NCBI GenBank assembly: GCA_963837955.1
Contig: CAWIPH010000002.1
Location: forward strand, 3,168,001 to 3,232,000
Length of the DNA stretch: 64,000 nt
From: an uncultured Verrucomicrobiae bacterium
GTDB taxonomy: Bacteria > Verrucomicrobiota > Verrucomicrobiia > Chthoniobacterales > JAFAMB01
Direction: 5' to 3'
Shown here: piece by piece, positions 30,235-39,172 of the stretch
Layout of the letters: each line of letters opens with the position of its first letter
Numbering within the stretch: position 1 is the stretch's first letter
The notes under the pieces: model-generated
Told to the model about the DNA's origin: nothing
The model's input: only the letters and a program-made list of their open reading frames with translations
The model's database searches: none
Position numbers and translations under genes: made by a program

Positions 30235-31020
30235 ATGTTGCTTAAGACAGAACGAAAACGGCCCGAAGAGTGGTCACTTCATCGCGCTAAGGCTAAGCAA
30301 AGCTGGATGGTGCCGTTCCTGGCTTTCGAGTGGGTCTGGGAGTGGCTGGCCTACTGGCTTAGCGGCTGGGCGTTCATTGAAGTGCTGGAATACGTTCAAA
30401 CGCTGGGGATAATGGTTGCGATCATCTTTTATTTTGCCGATAGCGGAAATCGAACCAAGCAAAAGAACTATCAAGCTTGGCAGGTCATCAACACCGCTCA
30501 GGGCAAAGGAGGCAGCGGCGGCCGAGTCGAAGCTTTAGAAGAGCTTCTCCAAGACAAGGTCTCTTTGGTTGGACTGGATGTTAGCGACGCATACTTGTTC
30601 AGGGTGCGCCTTGATAAAGCGCGCTTAGATCGAAGCAACTTTCATGGCACGGACGCCCGGGGTGGAAGCTTCGAGAAAGCGAAAATGGAATCTTCCGATT
30701 TCACTTCAGCCAATGTACGGGGCGGCAACTTTGCCAAGGCAGATCTAAGAAATGCGGTTCTCAAGGACGCAGATTTAATGGGAGCTAATCTCACTGAGGC
30801 GGATCTTGGGGGCGCGGACCTCAGTCGAGTGGATCTACGGGACGCTGACTTGCGCGGGGTCAAATGGAAAGACATTCGAACCATCAAATTGGCCAACGTT
30901 TACGGTGTCCGTAACGCTCCGGATGGCTTTCTCAGTTGGGCCCTGGGCCAGGGCGCTGTTGCCATAGAAAGCGATAGGGACTGGTATGCCAAGCTGAATG
31001 AGGAACCGGCTGAACAATGA
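30235..31020 (+). CDS. Pentapeptide-repeat protein with N-terminal membrane segment
   Basis: A(D/N)Lxx repeats (ADLRN AVLKD ADLMG ANLTE ADLGG ADLSR); AWQVINTAQGKGGSGGR motif. Confidence 0.88.
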   Translation: MLLKTERKRPEEWSLHRAKAKQSWMVPFLAFEWVWEWLAYWLSGWAFIEVLEYVQTLGIMVAIIFYFADSGNRTKQKNYQAWQVINTAQGKGGSGGRVEALEELLQDKVSLVGLDVSDAYLFRVRLDKARLDRSNFHGTDARGGSFEKAKMESSDFTSANVRGGNFAKADLRNAVLKDADLMGANLTEADLGGADLSRVDLRDADLRGVKWKDIRTIKLANVYGVRNAPDGFLSWALGQGAVAIESDRDWYAKLNEEPAEQ

Positions 31021-31056
31021 TTCGGACGCGTCTCCAACTCGGCCGGCCGCGGACAA

Positions 31057-31271
31057 GTAGCCTGATGCTTCCTCCTTCGTTCCCTCAACCCCAAAACTAC
31101 GGCGGACAAGCCAGCCTCAGGGAACACCTTAGTGATTGGTGAATAGTGATTAGATTAGTGAGAGGGCGGTGGGAGAATTTCTCCGAGGATTTGCCGATAG
31201 GCTCCACCAATCACTGCTCACTTCTCACAATGGCTCCGCCCTGGGTTCCTGAGCCAAGAGGATCAGGCTAC
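31057..31271 (+). repeat. GTAG-type REPIN-like composite element (copy 1)
   Basis: Left arm GTAGCCTGATGCT[insert]CCAGCCTCAGGGAA and right arm TTCCTGAGCCAAGAGGATCAGGCTAC; inner degenerate heptamer arrays around a core GGCGGTGGGAGAATTTCTCCGAGGATTTGCCGATAGG. Confidence 0.8.
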
Positions 31272-31535
31272 ACAATTACAAACGGACGCGCGGGCCGCCT
31301 TCGCAACTACGGCGCGCCCTAGCGTTGAGGTTGAGAAACACCGTAGAACCGCCCGCGACGAAGCGTTTCGCGTAGTCGGGAGCGCGTCCCTACCTTATTC
31401 GGATTCCGCAAGCATCGCTCGACCACGATTCTTCGCATCATCATGGAATAATCTGTATAGTCCTTCCATCTTAACACTGACGCACGGAGATTTCTCCCTT
31501 ACCTGAAAATCAACGAGCAACCCGATCGCGATTTT

Positions 31536-32393
31536 ATGCCAGCAAATCCATTCAACGGTTATACTGAATACGGTATCGGCATCGGCCTACGGGTACCACA
31601 TTACCGGCACATTCTAGCCAAGAAGCCGGTAGTAGACTGGTTCGAGATCATTTCCGAGAACTTCATGGTCGATGGGGGTCGACCACTTGAAGTGCTGGAT
31701 CAGATTTTGGAACAGTACCGCGTCGTCCAACATGGGGTCGCAATCTACTTTGGTTCGGCCGATAAATTTGATCGAGAACACCTCAAGCGGCTGAAACGAC
31801 TCGTCAAATACACCCAGACGCCTTGGCTTTCGGATCATCTTTGTTGGGGAAGCGTCGACGGCCGATACACCCACGATTTGTTGCCGATGCCCTACACCTT
31901 CGCCGTCGCGCGGCATACCGCCCAAAAAATCCGTGAAGCTCGCGATTATCTTGAGGTGCCGATTTGCGTCGAGAATGTCAGCAGTTACGCCGAGTATCAT
32001 CTTTCCGAAATGACCGAATGGGAATTTCTCTCAGAGGTGGTTGAGCAAGCAGATTGTGGAATCTTGCTGGATGTAAACAACATTTATGTCTCCTCTCAGA
32101 ACCATAATTTCAATCCCTACGACTACCTAAATAATGTCCCCCACTCCCGAGTGGGCCAAATCCATATCGCCGGCCATTCAAAGTTTGAGAAATACATCCT
32201 CGACACGCACGATCACCCGGTTTTGGATCCGGTTTGGCAGATGTACGCTCACGCGGTCAAGCTTTGCGGAAACACCGCGACACTTCTTGAGTGGGACGAT
32301 CGAATCCCGACATTTGAGGAAGTTCACAATGAAGCGCTCAAAGCCAACCAATTCAAAGACAATGTCGTCGCAAGTTCCCAAGCGAATAAATAG
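31536..32393 (+). CDS. DUF692 multinuclear non-heme iron oxidative enzyme (MNIO, BufB/MbnB-like)
   Basis: GIGLRVPHY, WFEIISENF, HGV, WLSDHLCW, HDLLPMP, ENVSSY, LLDVNNIYV, QIHIAGH, DTHD and TLLEWD motifs. Confidence 0.95.
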   Translation: MPANPFNGYTEYGIGIGLRVPHYRHILAKKPVVDWFEIISENFMVDGGRPLEVLDQILEQYRVVQHGVAIYFGSADKFDREHLKRLKRLVKYTQTPWLSDHLCWGSVDGRYTHDLLPMPYTFAVARHTAQKIREARDYLEVPICVENVSSYAEYHLSEMTEWEFLSEVVEQADCGILLDVNNIYVSSQNHNFNPYDYLNNVPHSRVGQIHIAGHSKFEKYILDTHDHPVLDPVWQMYAHAVKLCGNTATLLEWDDRIPTFEEVHNEALKANQFKDNVVASSQANK

Positions 32394-33291
32394 TCGGGAA
32401 GAATTACTCGAGTTGCAGCGCGCGATGGCCGGCGCGCTTTTTCGACCGCTGACCGATGACTGGAATATGCAGAGCGAGTCGAGTGACGGCCGCTCGATGC
32501 AGGATTTCGCTGCCGAGTTCATTAAGCCAAACGACCGCCTGAGTTCCTTTGACCGCCTCGAGATCTACAATCGGCAATATTGGTTTCGGATCCTCGATTG
32601 CCTTTATGACGACTATCCCGGGCTTCTCGCCGTTGTCGGTGAAGAAAAATTTCTAAAGCTGGCCACCGCCTACCTAACAAAGTATCAGTCTGAATCCTAC
32701 ACACTGCGGAACCTAGGGGATCGCCTCGAAAAATTTCTTCGAGACGAGCCGCATTGGGCCGATCCAAACAACGCGTGCGCGATCGATATGGCACGATTCG
32801 AGTGGGCCCAGGTCGTCGCATTCGACGGACCATCGAAGCCGGTGGTCACGCCAGACGAATTAATTGACGGCTCGTCCGAAGGGCTGCGATTGGGCCTGCA
32901 ACCTTATTTATCAATTCTTAAGCTCGATTACCCGGTCGACGATTTGCTTATCGCAGTAAAAAAAGACGCCGATTCTCTGCGTGGGGAGGCTAGCAATGCA
33001 GTCAACGCTGCTCCAACCAACAAGGGCGAAACGGCCCAAGTCCAGCTACCCGAACCCGAAGTAACCTATCTCGCGGTCCACCGATTCGACAACATGATCT
33101 ATTTCAAACGGCTCGAACCGGAAGGCTACGTTATGCTGGAAGCGCTAGCTGCCGGATCCACCTTGGAGGACGCATGCCTCAAAGCGGTGGAACAAAGCAC
33201 TCGGACAGATGTGGATTGGCAAGCGCTCATTAAGGAGTGGTTCGACAATTGGGCAGCCTTGGGTTGGTTCTGTAGTCCCAAAGTAACCTGA
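32362..33291 (+). CDS. MNIO partner protein (DUF2063/BufC/HvfC-like)
   Basis: RLEIYNRQYWFRILDCLYDDYPGL..VVGEEKF, LRNLG and DMARFEWA; ATG at 32362 overlapping the MNIO 3' end preferred over 32134. Confidence 0.88.
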   Translation: MSSQVPKRINSREELLELQRAMAGALFRPLTDDWNMQSESSDGRSMQDFAAEFIKPNDRLSSFDRLEIYNRQYWFRILDCLYDDYPGLLAVVGEEKFLKLATAYLTKYQSESYTLRNLGDRLEKFLRDEPHWADPNNACAIDMARFEWAQVVAFDGPSKPVVTPDELIDGSSEGLRLGLQPYLSILKLDYPVDDLLIAVKKDADSLRGEASNAVNAAPTNKGETAQVQLPEPEVTYLAVHRFDNMIYFKRLEPEGYVMLEALAAGSTLEDACLKAVEQSTRTDVDWQALIKEWFDNWAALGWFCSPKVT

Positions 33292-33458
33292 TGCTCGTCG
33301 TTCTACCGAGAAAGATTGTGAGAGGTGATCGGTGAATGGTGGATGCCTGTCGGCAAATTCTCGGCGTAGATCTCCCCGCCGCCAATCACCAATCACCAAT
33401 CACCAATCACCAATCACTGATCACTGATACGCACCCTGAGGCTGGAGCATCAGGCTAC
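33283..33458 (-). repeat. GTAG-type REPIN-like composite element (copy 2, inverted) with (CAATCAC)5 array
   Basis: Right arm CCCTGAGGCTGGAGCATCAGGCTAC (33434-33458); heptamer array 33383-33417; core CCTGTCGGCAAATTCTCGGCGTAGATCTCCCCGCCGCC is the reverse-complement homologue of the copy 1 core. Confidence 0.8.
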
Positions 33459-33472
33459 TCAGGACGGCCGTC

Positions 33473-34186
33473 CTAGTATTTGTCGTGATAGCGCACCCAC
33501 GCCTGCGTGAAATCTAATCCGGCCTCGTCCCGGCCTTTGGGGACCAAATCAAGGTAATTGTAGGCCGCATTCAGCACATCTATCCCGCGGGCGTAAGAGG
33601 AATAGGTGTGGAATATATTTCCAAATCCATCCTTGTAGAAAACGCTGGTTCCCGGCAATTCCGGCGAATCGGTCTTGTGCCTGCCGTAATTGTAATAAAC
33701 CTCTTTCTTTAGGTCCTCCTGCGTAAACGATACGTGGTAGTCGTAGTTGAAATCGTTCTTCAAGGATGATAGCCACCTGAAACTCCACCCCATCCGCTTC
33801 TTGAACGTTTCCAGCTTTTCCAATGGAGCACGGGAAATCGCAACCATGGTCACATCACGGTGATTGAGATGTACGCCGATGCCATTAAAACTGTCGGCCC
33901 AAAATGAACAGGACGGACACCCTTCAGGCCAATCCGGGTCAAACATGAAATGGTAGACAACCAGTTGACTTCTTCCCTCAAAGAGATCCGCCAGGGTCTC
34001 CTTTCCCTTTGGACCCTCGAAGACGTATTCCTTTTCCACTTTTATCCAGGGCAACTCTCTTCGTTGCTGGCTCAGCTGATCTCGCAGCCGGGTGAACTCT
34101 TTCTCTTTGGCCAGAAGGCCCTTGCGGGCTTCAAGCCATTCTGTTTGCGAAACTACTTTATGTTTTTTGGGGGGTATTTCTGTCAT
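33473..34186 (-). CDS. DUF899 thioredoxin-like protein
   Basis: RRELPW, LADLFEGRSQLVVYHFMF, GCPSCSF, HTYSSYARG, LDLVPKGRDE, WVRYHDKY. Confidence 0.93.
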   Translation of the reverse strand: MTEIPPKKHKVVSQTEWLEARKGLLAKEKEFTRLRDQLSQQRRELPWIKVEKEYVFEGPKGKETLADLFEGRSQLVVYHFMFDPDWPEGCPSCSFWADSFNGIGVHLNHRDVTMVAISRAPLEKLETFKKRMGWSFRWLSSLKNDFNYDYHVSFTQEDLKKEVYYNYGRHKTDSPELPGTSVFYKDGFGNIFHTYSSYARGIDVLNAAYNYLDLVPKGRDEAGLDFTQAWVRYHDKY

Positions 34187-34237
34187 ACAATGTCTCCGGT
34201 TGTTTGGGAGATTTCCGAACCAATCGTGTAAGCGGGA

Positions 34238-34654
34238 TCATCCAGCTTCCTGCGTTTCCACCAACTGAGTCAGCCGTTTCAAGAAACGGTCTCCCCACCC
34301 CTGTTCGTACTTTTCGAAAATGTCCGTTTCGTGCGGTGGCAATCCTTCCCAGCCGGAATGCGTCAAAATTAGTTTAGTGTGTTGGCCGAGTTGCGAGAGC
34401 GCGAAGGCGACGAGTGTCTCAGGTTTGGCGCCCGCAGCTTTAAAGCTATAGACTAACCTTTCACAGGGAATGACTTCTCGCACCACACAGTAAATCGTTC
34501 CTTGTTCTTCGCATCGAAGTGTGAAGTCCTTTCCGACGCAGGCTTCAAAATCTGTCGGCAGAAACCAAGTGGCGATCTTCTTCGGATCGGTGAGATGTTG
34601 CCATACTTTCTCAACCGGAGCTTTGATAGTGATTTCCTTGCGGATGATCCTCAT
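34238..34654 (-). CDS. SRPBCC domain protein
   Basis: IKAPVEKVWQHLTDP..W, TKLILTHSGW, EQGW. Confidence 0.9.
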   Translation of the reverse strand: MRIIRKEITIKAPVEKVWQHLTDPKKIATWFLPTDFEACVGKDFTLRCEEQGTIYCVVREVIPCERLVYSFKAAGAKPETLVAFALSQLGQHTKLILTHSGWEGLPPHETDIFEKYEQGWGDRFLKRLTQLVETQEAG

Positions 34655-34989
34655 GGCTCCTGTTCCACCTGCTTTTTGAGATTTTCCAATTTCTCATCCC
34701 AGAACGCTTCAAACTTCGACAGCCAGCCTCGAACCGTTTTGAGTGGAGCCGGATTAAGCGTTTGGATCCGCTCGCGGCCGCGCCGGCGAACAGTGATCAA
34801 CTTGGCCGTGCGCAGTACCCGCAGATGTTTGATGACGGCAGGCCGGCTCATGGCGAACTGTTCCGCGATTCGACCGACTGGCTGCTCTCCCCGAGCAAGC
34901 ATATCGAGAATGAGTCTGCGATTCGGGTCAGCGATCGACAAAAAAATGCGGTCTTGCCGGGGAGTGCACTTGGAGTGACCCAATACCAT
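34651..34989 (-). CDS. ArsR/SmtB-family transcriptional regulator
   Basis: IADPNRRLILDML, MSRPAVIKHLRVL, FWDEKLENLK; start uncertain. Confidence 0.9.
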   Translation of the reverse strand: MVLGHSKCTPRQDRIFLSIADPNRRLILDMLARGEQPVGRIAEQFAMSRPAVIKHLRVLRTAKLITVRRRGRERIQTLNPAPLKTVRGWLSKFEAFWDEKLENLKKQVEQEP

Positions 34990-35004
34990 AAGATCACTGC
35001 CAAT

Positions 35005-35024
35005 ATGTAACTCCAAGGTTACAT
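35005..35024. promoter_or_regulatory. Perfect 7-6-7 palindrome, candidate ArsR operator
   Basis: ATGTAAC-TCCAAG-GTTACAT just upstream of the ArsR gene. Confidence 0.6.
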
Positions 35025-35104
35025 GTCAAATGACGAAAGTTACGTATCGAAGTTGCGTCTAAAAGACAGGCTCCCGTCCAATCTCAGATCGCGACCACCA
35101 CGGC

Positions 35105-35216
35105 GTAGCCTGATCCTCCTGGCTCAGGAATCCATGGCGTTATGAGTCCGTAAGACCCTCTACGTGCACTATTCGAGCCGGCAGCGAGGTTCCCTGAGGC
35201 TGGAGCATCAGGCTAC
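35105..35216. repeat. GTAG-type REP doublet (copy 3)
   Basis: GTAGCCTGATCCTCCTGGCTCAGGAA ... TTCCCTGAGGCTGGAGCATCAGGCTAC; same two arm types as copy 1. Confidence 0.85.
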
Positions 35217-36145
35217 TGCCCGGTCGTGATCGCGCGGCGAACGGACGCCAATGGAGCGCTATCGTCGAAACGCACTGTTTTCCCATTCGATATCACTCCG
35301 AGTTGTTTCCAGAGGGCATTCAGATCGGGTGTTACTGGCTTTGCCCTCCATTCGTTGTAAAGCTCTGTTAAGACCGGAACTCCAGTGGCTTTGTCACCCG
35401 TCGCCAACAAGTCGGTTAGTTCTGCTTCTGTCTGGATGTTGCCGTTCTTTTCCAGGATTGCTCGCACGGCGTCTTCCAGACCCTTCTGATTGCGGGTGCG
35501 GCGCCGGATCTCAACATCGGCGTAAAGGCAGAACATGGCTCCTCCCCAGTAGGTGCGACCCCAAGTCGGCGTGTAATCCAGACCGCGATCGCCGGTTTTG
35601 GGAAGGCCGTTCGGCATGCCATCAACCATGTCTCCCCAAATTTTCTCCGGCGATAATTGGCCAACTCGCGTCCTGGCAATCGGCTCAACGTAGGTGGCCA
35701 ACCCTTCTTCGATCCAATGATGCTTTTCGGCCACCGAAGGCAGCGCGAGATGCACCATTTCGTGGGTCATGATCCAATCATCGTCGAATTGCACAGCAGT
35801 GTTATTTCGACCTACGGCGATTTCAATTCGCGCACCTTTCCAGCCCGAAGCGTGCCCGTTGTCTACACCCCATCGACTGCGAAGATTCACCGTGATGTTG
35901 ACCATGGAAACGGGATATCTTCGGTAGTAAGCGCTCACTGCCGTTGCTGCTTTGGTAATCCAGACTTGAATGGCCTGCTTCAGCGGATCAGCCGGAGGCG
36001 TTGAAAACGATACTTGAATAATTGAACCCGCGGACTTGAGCGTGATTCCGCTGTTCGAAGTTTGGCTGTGCATTGGTGCACCCGAGCAAGTGAAAATCAG
36101 AACCAGGCTCGTTGTGATGATACAACTCCGAGCTGCAATACGCAT
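35213..36145 (-). CDS. Secreted gluzincin-like metallopeptidase domain protein
   Basis: Signal peptide; THEMVH (HExxH) followed by EEGLATY; downstream YWGG. Confidence 0.7.
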   Translation of the reverse strand: MRIAARSCIITTSLVLIFTCSGAPMHSQTSNSGITLKSAGSIIQVSFSTPPADPLKQAIQVWITKAATAVSAYYRRYPVSMVNITVNLRSRWGVDNGHASGWKGARIEIAVGRNNTAVQFDDDWIMTHEMVHLALPSVAEKHHWIEEGLATYVEPIARTRVGQLSPEKIWGDMVDGMPNGLPKTGDRGLDYTPTWGRTYWGGAMFCLYADVEIRRRTRNQKGLEDAVRAILEKNGNIQTEAELTDLLATGDKATGVPVLTELYNEWRAKPVTPDLNALWKQLGVISNGKTVRFDDSAPLASVRRAITTGQ

Positions 36146-36409
36146 GAGTTACCTTTTCTGTTTTGTGTATTGAGAACAGCCGTAAGAGTCGCCCGAATCG
36201 TATTTTCTTCCTCAAACTGATTCAGCGTTTGCCACAAACCTCCGCAGTCTCAATCCGCGGGCAATTCGCGTGGCTCACAGTGTGATGAACCCTGGAGGCA
36301 TTCAAATATAGAGCCGGCCCACGATTCGTCTGAATGACTGCGTTAATACAATAGGATCACTGTTTTTTCTTGGAAGGACTATCCGCTCCGGCCCCCACCG
36401 CAACGACCG

Positions 36410-37234
36410 CTATTCGGGTGCGGCGTGCGGAGTGGAGACTTCTCTAAGGCCCTCTGGAGTGAATTCTCGATCGGCATAGGCCACGTCGTGTTTAATACGG
36501 GAGCCGTCCAGATCGGTCACGGAATCTCCCCGCGGACCGCGCACGAGCAGATTGCCAGGGATGGACCGACCCAGATCGTCTGTGACCACCCGCGTCGTCT
36601 CAATGCGGCGCGCTGGCTGGCCCGCGCCGAGGTTTTTTTCTACGCGGAGCGCAACGAATCGGCGGGGATCAATCCAAGTGCGCACGCTCGCGTAAGTGGA
36701 CGACTCTCCCCTGCCAGGTCTCGACTCAAGAATGACGCAGTTCACGCCATTCAGGACCTCATTGCCAGCGATGGACTGGTTTTCCCAATCGAAGAAGTCC
36801 TCGATGATATCCTGGTAAGATAGATTGCTGCCGAACAGGGCGTCGTTCATCTGTGAGGTATCTAGAGAGCGCAGCTGATCAGGAGGCGTGAAAAGCGAAC
36901 CAGTCGGGGCGTGACCATCTACTTTGTGTAAGAGGACGGCTTCTCCTTTTCGCTCTTTGGGCCAAAGCACTTGGTAAACGAGGTCGGTGGCCGTCTTCGT
37001 ACGGCGCTGCTTAATCTGAAGTTGAAGCGCGACCTTGGTGGTGCCGTCAGGCTGTTTCACTTCAAGACGAAGACGCACGTAAGACACGCCATCCTGCAGG
37101 GCGGAAAGGCGGGCGGCGAGGTCCTTGGCGGATATTGCGGGTGGCGCAGTGTCGGCGCCGCGGGCGAACGAAGCAAGTAGCGTAAGGCCGAGAATGGCTG
37201 GAACGCGTAACATCATCGAGTACAGCAGATTCAT
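36410..37234 (-). CDS. Outer-membrane lipoprotein-sorting (LolA-like) periplasmic protein
   Basis: Signal peptide; LFGSNLSYQDI, G.EVLNGVNCVILESRP and YASVRTWID motifs; last gene of an ABC exporter operon. Confidence 0.75.
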   Translation of the reverse strand: MNLLYSMMLRVPAILGLTLLASFARGADTAPPAISAKDLAARLSALQDGVSYVRLRLEVKQPDGTTKVALQLQIKQRRTKTATDLVYQVLWPKERKGEAVLLHKVDGHAPTGSLFTPPDQLRSLDTSQMNDALFGSNLSYQDIIEDFFDWENQSIAGNEVLNGVNCVILESRPGRGESSTYASVRTWIDPRRFVALRVEKNLGAGQPARRIETTRVVTDDLGRSIPGNLLVRGPRGDSVTDLDGSRIKHDVAYADREFTPEGLREVSTPHAAPE

Positions 37235-37253
37235 GGATTGTTCGTGTCGAAAG

Positions 37254-38369
37254 TCAGCCTTGTAAGGCCCGGCCCGGGGTGAGCCGCGAACTACGCCATG
37301 CAGGGTAGAGACCGCTCATAACGCCTACCACAACGGCGATCCCCACAGATTTAGCGAGGAGAATGAAGCTGGTGTCCGGCTCCAGGAGTCCGCGGATGGC
37401 AGGCGTCGCGCCGAGGAACTTTACACCAATAGCACCGATGAGCACGCCTACCACGCCGCCGAGCAGACCGAGCAGGGCCGACTCCCACAGAACCATCCGA
37501 ACGATCCGCCCTCGTTTCCATCCGAGTGCGAGCAAAACACAAATCTCCTGCGTGCGCTCAAATACGTTCATCAGCATCGTGTTCATTACGCCGAGTACAC
37601 CGACGAGCACCGCCAGCAAAGAAGTGCCCCAGCTCATGGCCTGCACCATGCGATACGCCTCGCTATTGGTGATATTCTCGCTCGCCACCACGGCGCGGCC
37701 TTCCGGGACCAGGCGGTTGATCTGCTCACAGAGAAGGTCCACATCTTTGGCGCTGGTTGAGGGCGTGACGCTGATGTCGACAATATTGATCCTGCCCTCA
37801 TTCCCAGAGATTTCTTGGAACAGGGGGAGAGAGAGAATGATCGAGCCGTTCTCCACCCACGCATTGCCGTCGACGATCCCAACCACGGTCAGCTCACGAG
37901 TCTCGATCTCAATCGGATCACCAACTTTTTTCTTAAGCACTTCCGCCGCTGTACGGCCCAAGACAACGGCTGGCTCTGCCGGGTCGCGCGGCATTCGCCC
38001 CGAGATTACCTTGAGATTTTTCCAAGCAAATCCGGCCCACTCCCGCGCGGACACCATCATCATCTCGGTGTTCTCAACGCTCATCAAGTCTACCAATATC
38101 GCGCACGTGTCAGCCACGTGAGGAAGGTGAGCGATCCGGTCGCGCACCGAGACGGGAAACGGCTTCGGGATCAGGGAGCTGCCCATATTGCTGATTACCA
38201 CATCGGTGCCACGCGCTTTCAATCCTGACTCCCAGCTCCGATTAAACCCGCGCGAGATACCGACCAATGCAACGACGGCGGCAATGCCGATTGAGATGCC
38301 TAAGAGTGTCAGCCCGGTTCGCATCGGACGACGTGTCAGCCCACGCACCACCACTGTGAAAAAAGTCAT
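37254..38369 (-). CDS. ABC transporter permease (FtsX/MacB/LolCE-like)
   Basis: RTGLTLLGISIGIAAVV, GVMNTMLMNVFERTQEI, ALGW, GLYPAWRSSRL. Confidence 0.93.
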   Translation of the reverse strand: MTFFTVVVRGLTRRPMRTGLTLLGISIGIAAVVALVGISRGFNRSWESGLKARGTDVVISNMGSSLIPKPFPVSVRDRIAHLPHVADTCAILVDLMSVENTEMMMVSAREWAGFAWKNLKVISGRMPRDPAEPAVVLGRTAAEVLKKKVGDPIEIETRELTVVGIVDGNAWVENGSIILSLPLFQEISGNEGRINIVDISVTPSTSAKDVDLLCEQINRLVPEGRAVVASENITNSEAYRMVQAMSWGTSLLAVLVGVLGVMNTMLMNVFERTQEICVLLALGWKRGRIVRMVLWESALLGLLGGVVGVLIGAIGVKFLGATPAIRGLLEPDTSFILLAKSVGIAVVVGVMSGLYPAWRSSRLTPGRALQG

Positions 38370-38370
38370 A

Positions 38371-39117
38371 TTATGCTCCTGCGACGGCCGTTTCGCGATC
38401 TGATACAACGCGCCCGTCCTTCATGTGGATTATTCGTGATGCTCGCTGGGCGATGCTCGGGTCGTGCGTCACCAACACCAGCGTCATGTTCTCCTCCAGG
38501 TGGACCCGAACGATCAGCTCGAGGATGAGGCGTGCGTTCTCGCTGTCGAGGTTGCCCGTCGGTTCATCCGCAAGCAGGACGGAAGGAGTATTAGCCAGGC
38601 TGCGGGCGATGGCAACGCGCTGCCTTTCTCCGCCGGACAGCTTAGCTGGGAAGTGGTTGAGGCGGTGCTCCAGTCCGACCGACTTTAGCAAGGTCATGGC
38701 TCGATATTTGCGCTCCGAAACGGGAAGGTCGCTTTCAAACATCGGAATTTGCACGTTCTCGAGCGCAGTAAAGGTCGGCAGCAGGTGAAACGCCTGGAAA
38801 ATGAAGCCGATCTGATGAGCGCGATAACTCGATGGATCAGGCAGATCAGGAATCGAGTTTCCACGGTAGAGCAAGGTTCCAGCAGTAGGCCGGTCAAGCG
38901 CACCCAGCATTTGAAGCAGTGTGGTTTTTCCACAGCCGCTTGGACCGGTAATGGCCACGAAATCTCCCTGGACCACGCTAAAAGTTACACCGCGCAAGGC
39001 CTGGACTTGGCCATCCTCGAATTTTTTCTCGAGCCCTATCGCCTCGAACACGTATCTCGAAGGTGCGGTGGTCGGGTTCTCCAATGTACTTTGACTAATA
39101 GATGAATGCTGACTCAC
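38371..39117 (-). CDS. ABC transporter ATP-binding protein (LolD/MacB-like)
   Basis: GPSGCGKT, LSGGERQRVAIARSL, LADEPTGNLD. Confidence 0.96.
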   Translation of the reverse strand: MSQHSSISQSTLENPTTAPSRYVFEAIGLEKKFEDGQVQALRGVTFSVVQGDFVAITGPSGCGKTTLLQMLGALDRPTAGTLLYRGNSIPDLPDPSSYRAHQIGFIFQAFHLLPTFTALENVQIPMFESDLPVSERKYRAMTLLKSVGLEHRLNHFPAKLSGGERQRVAIARSLANTPSVLLADEPTGNLDSENARLILELIVRVHLEENMTLVLVTHDPSIAQRASRIIHMKDGRVVSDRETAVAGA

Positions 39118-39172
39118 AAGATCGGTCGTCGCGTGTTCGCCCCAGCTGCGCCTATGGGCTGCACACTCCTGT

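Noticed and set aside
35213..36145. Gluzincin-like gene as part of the PKS operon
   Set aside because: Separated by ~265 bp with AT-rich promoter-like sequence; no evidence of linkage.
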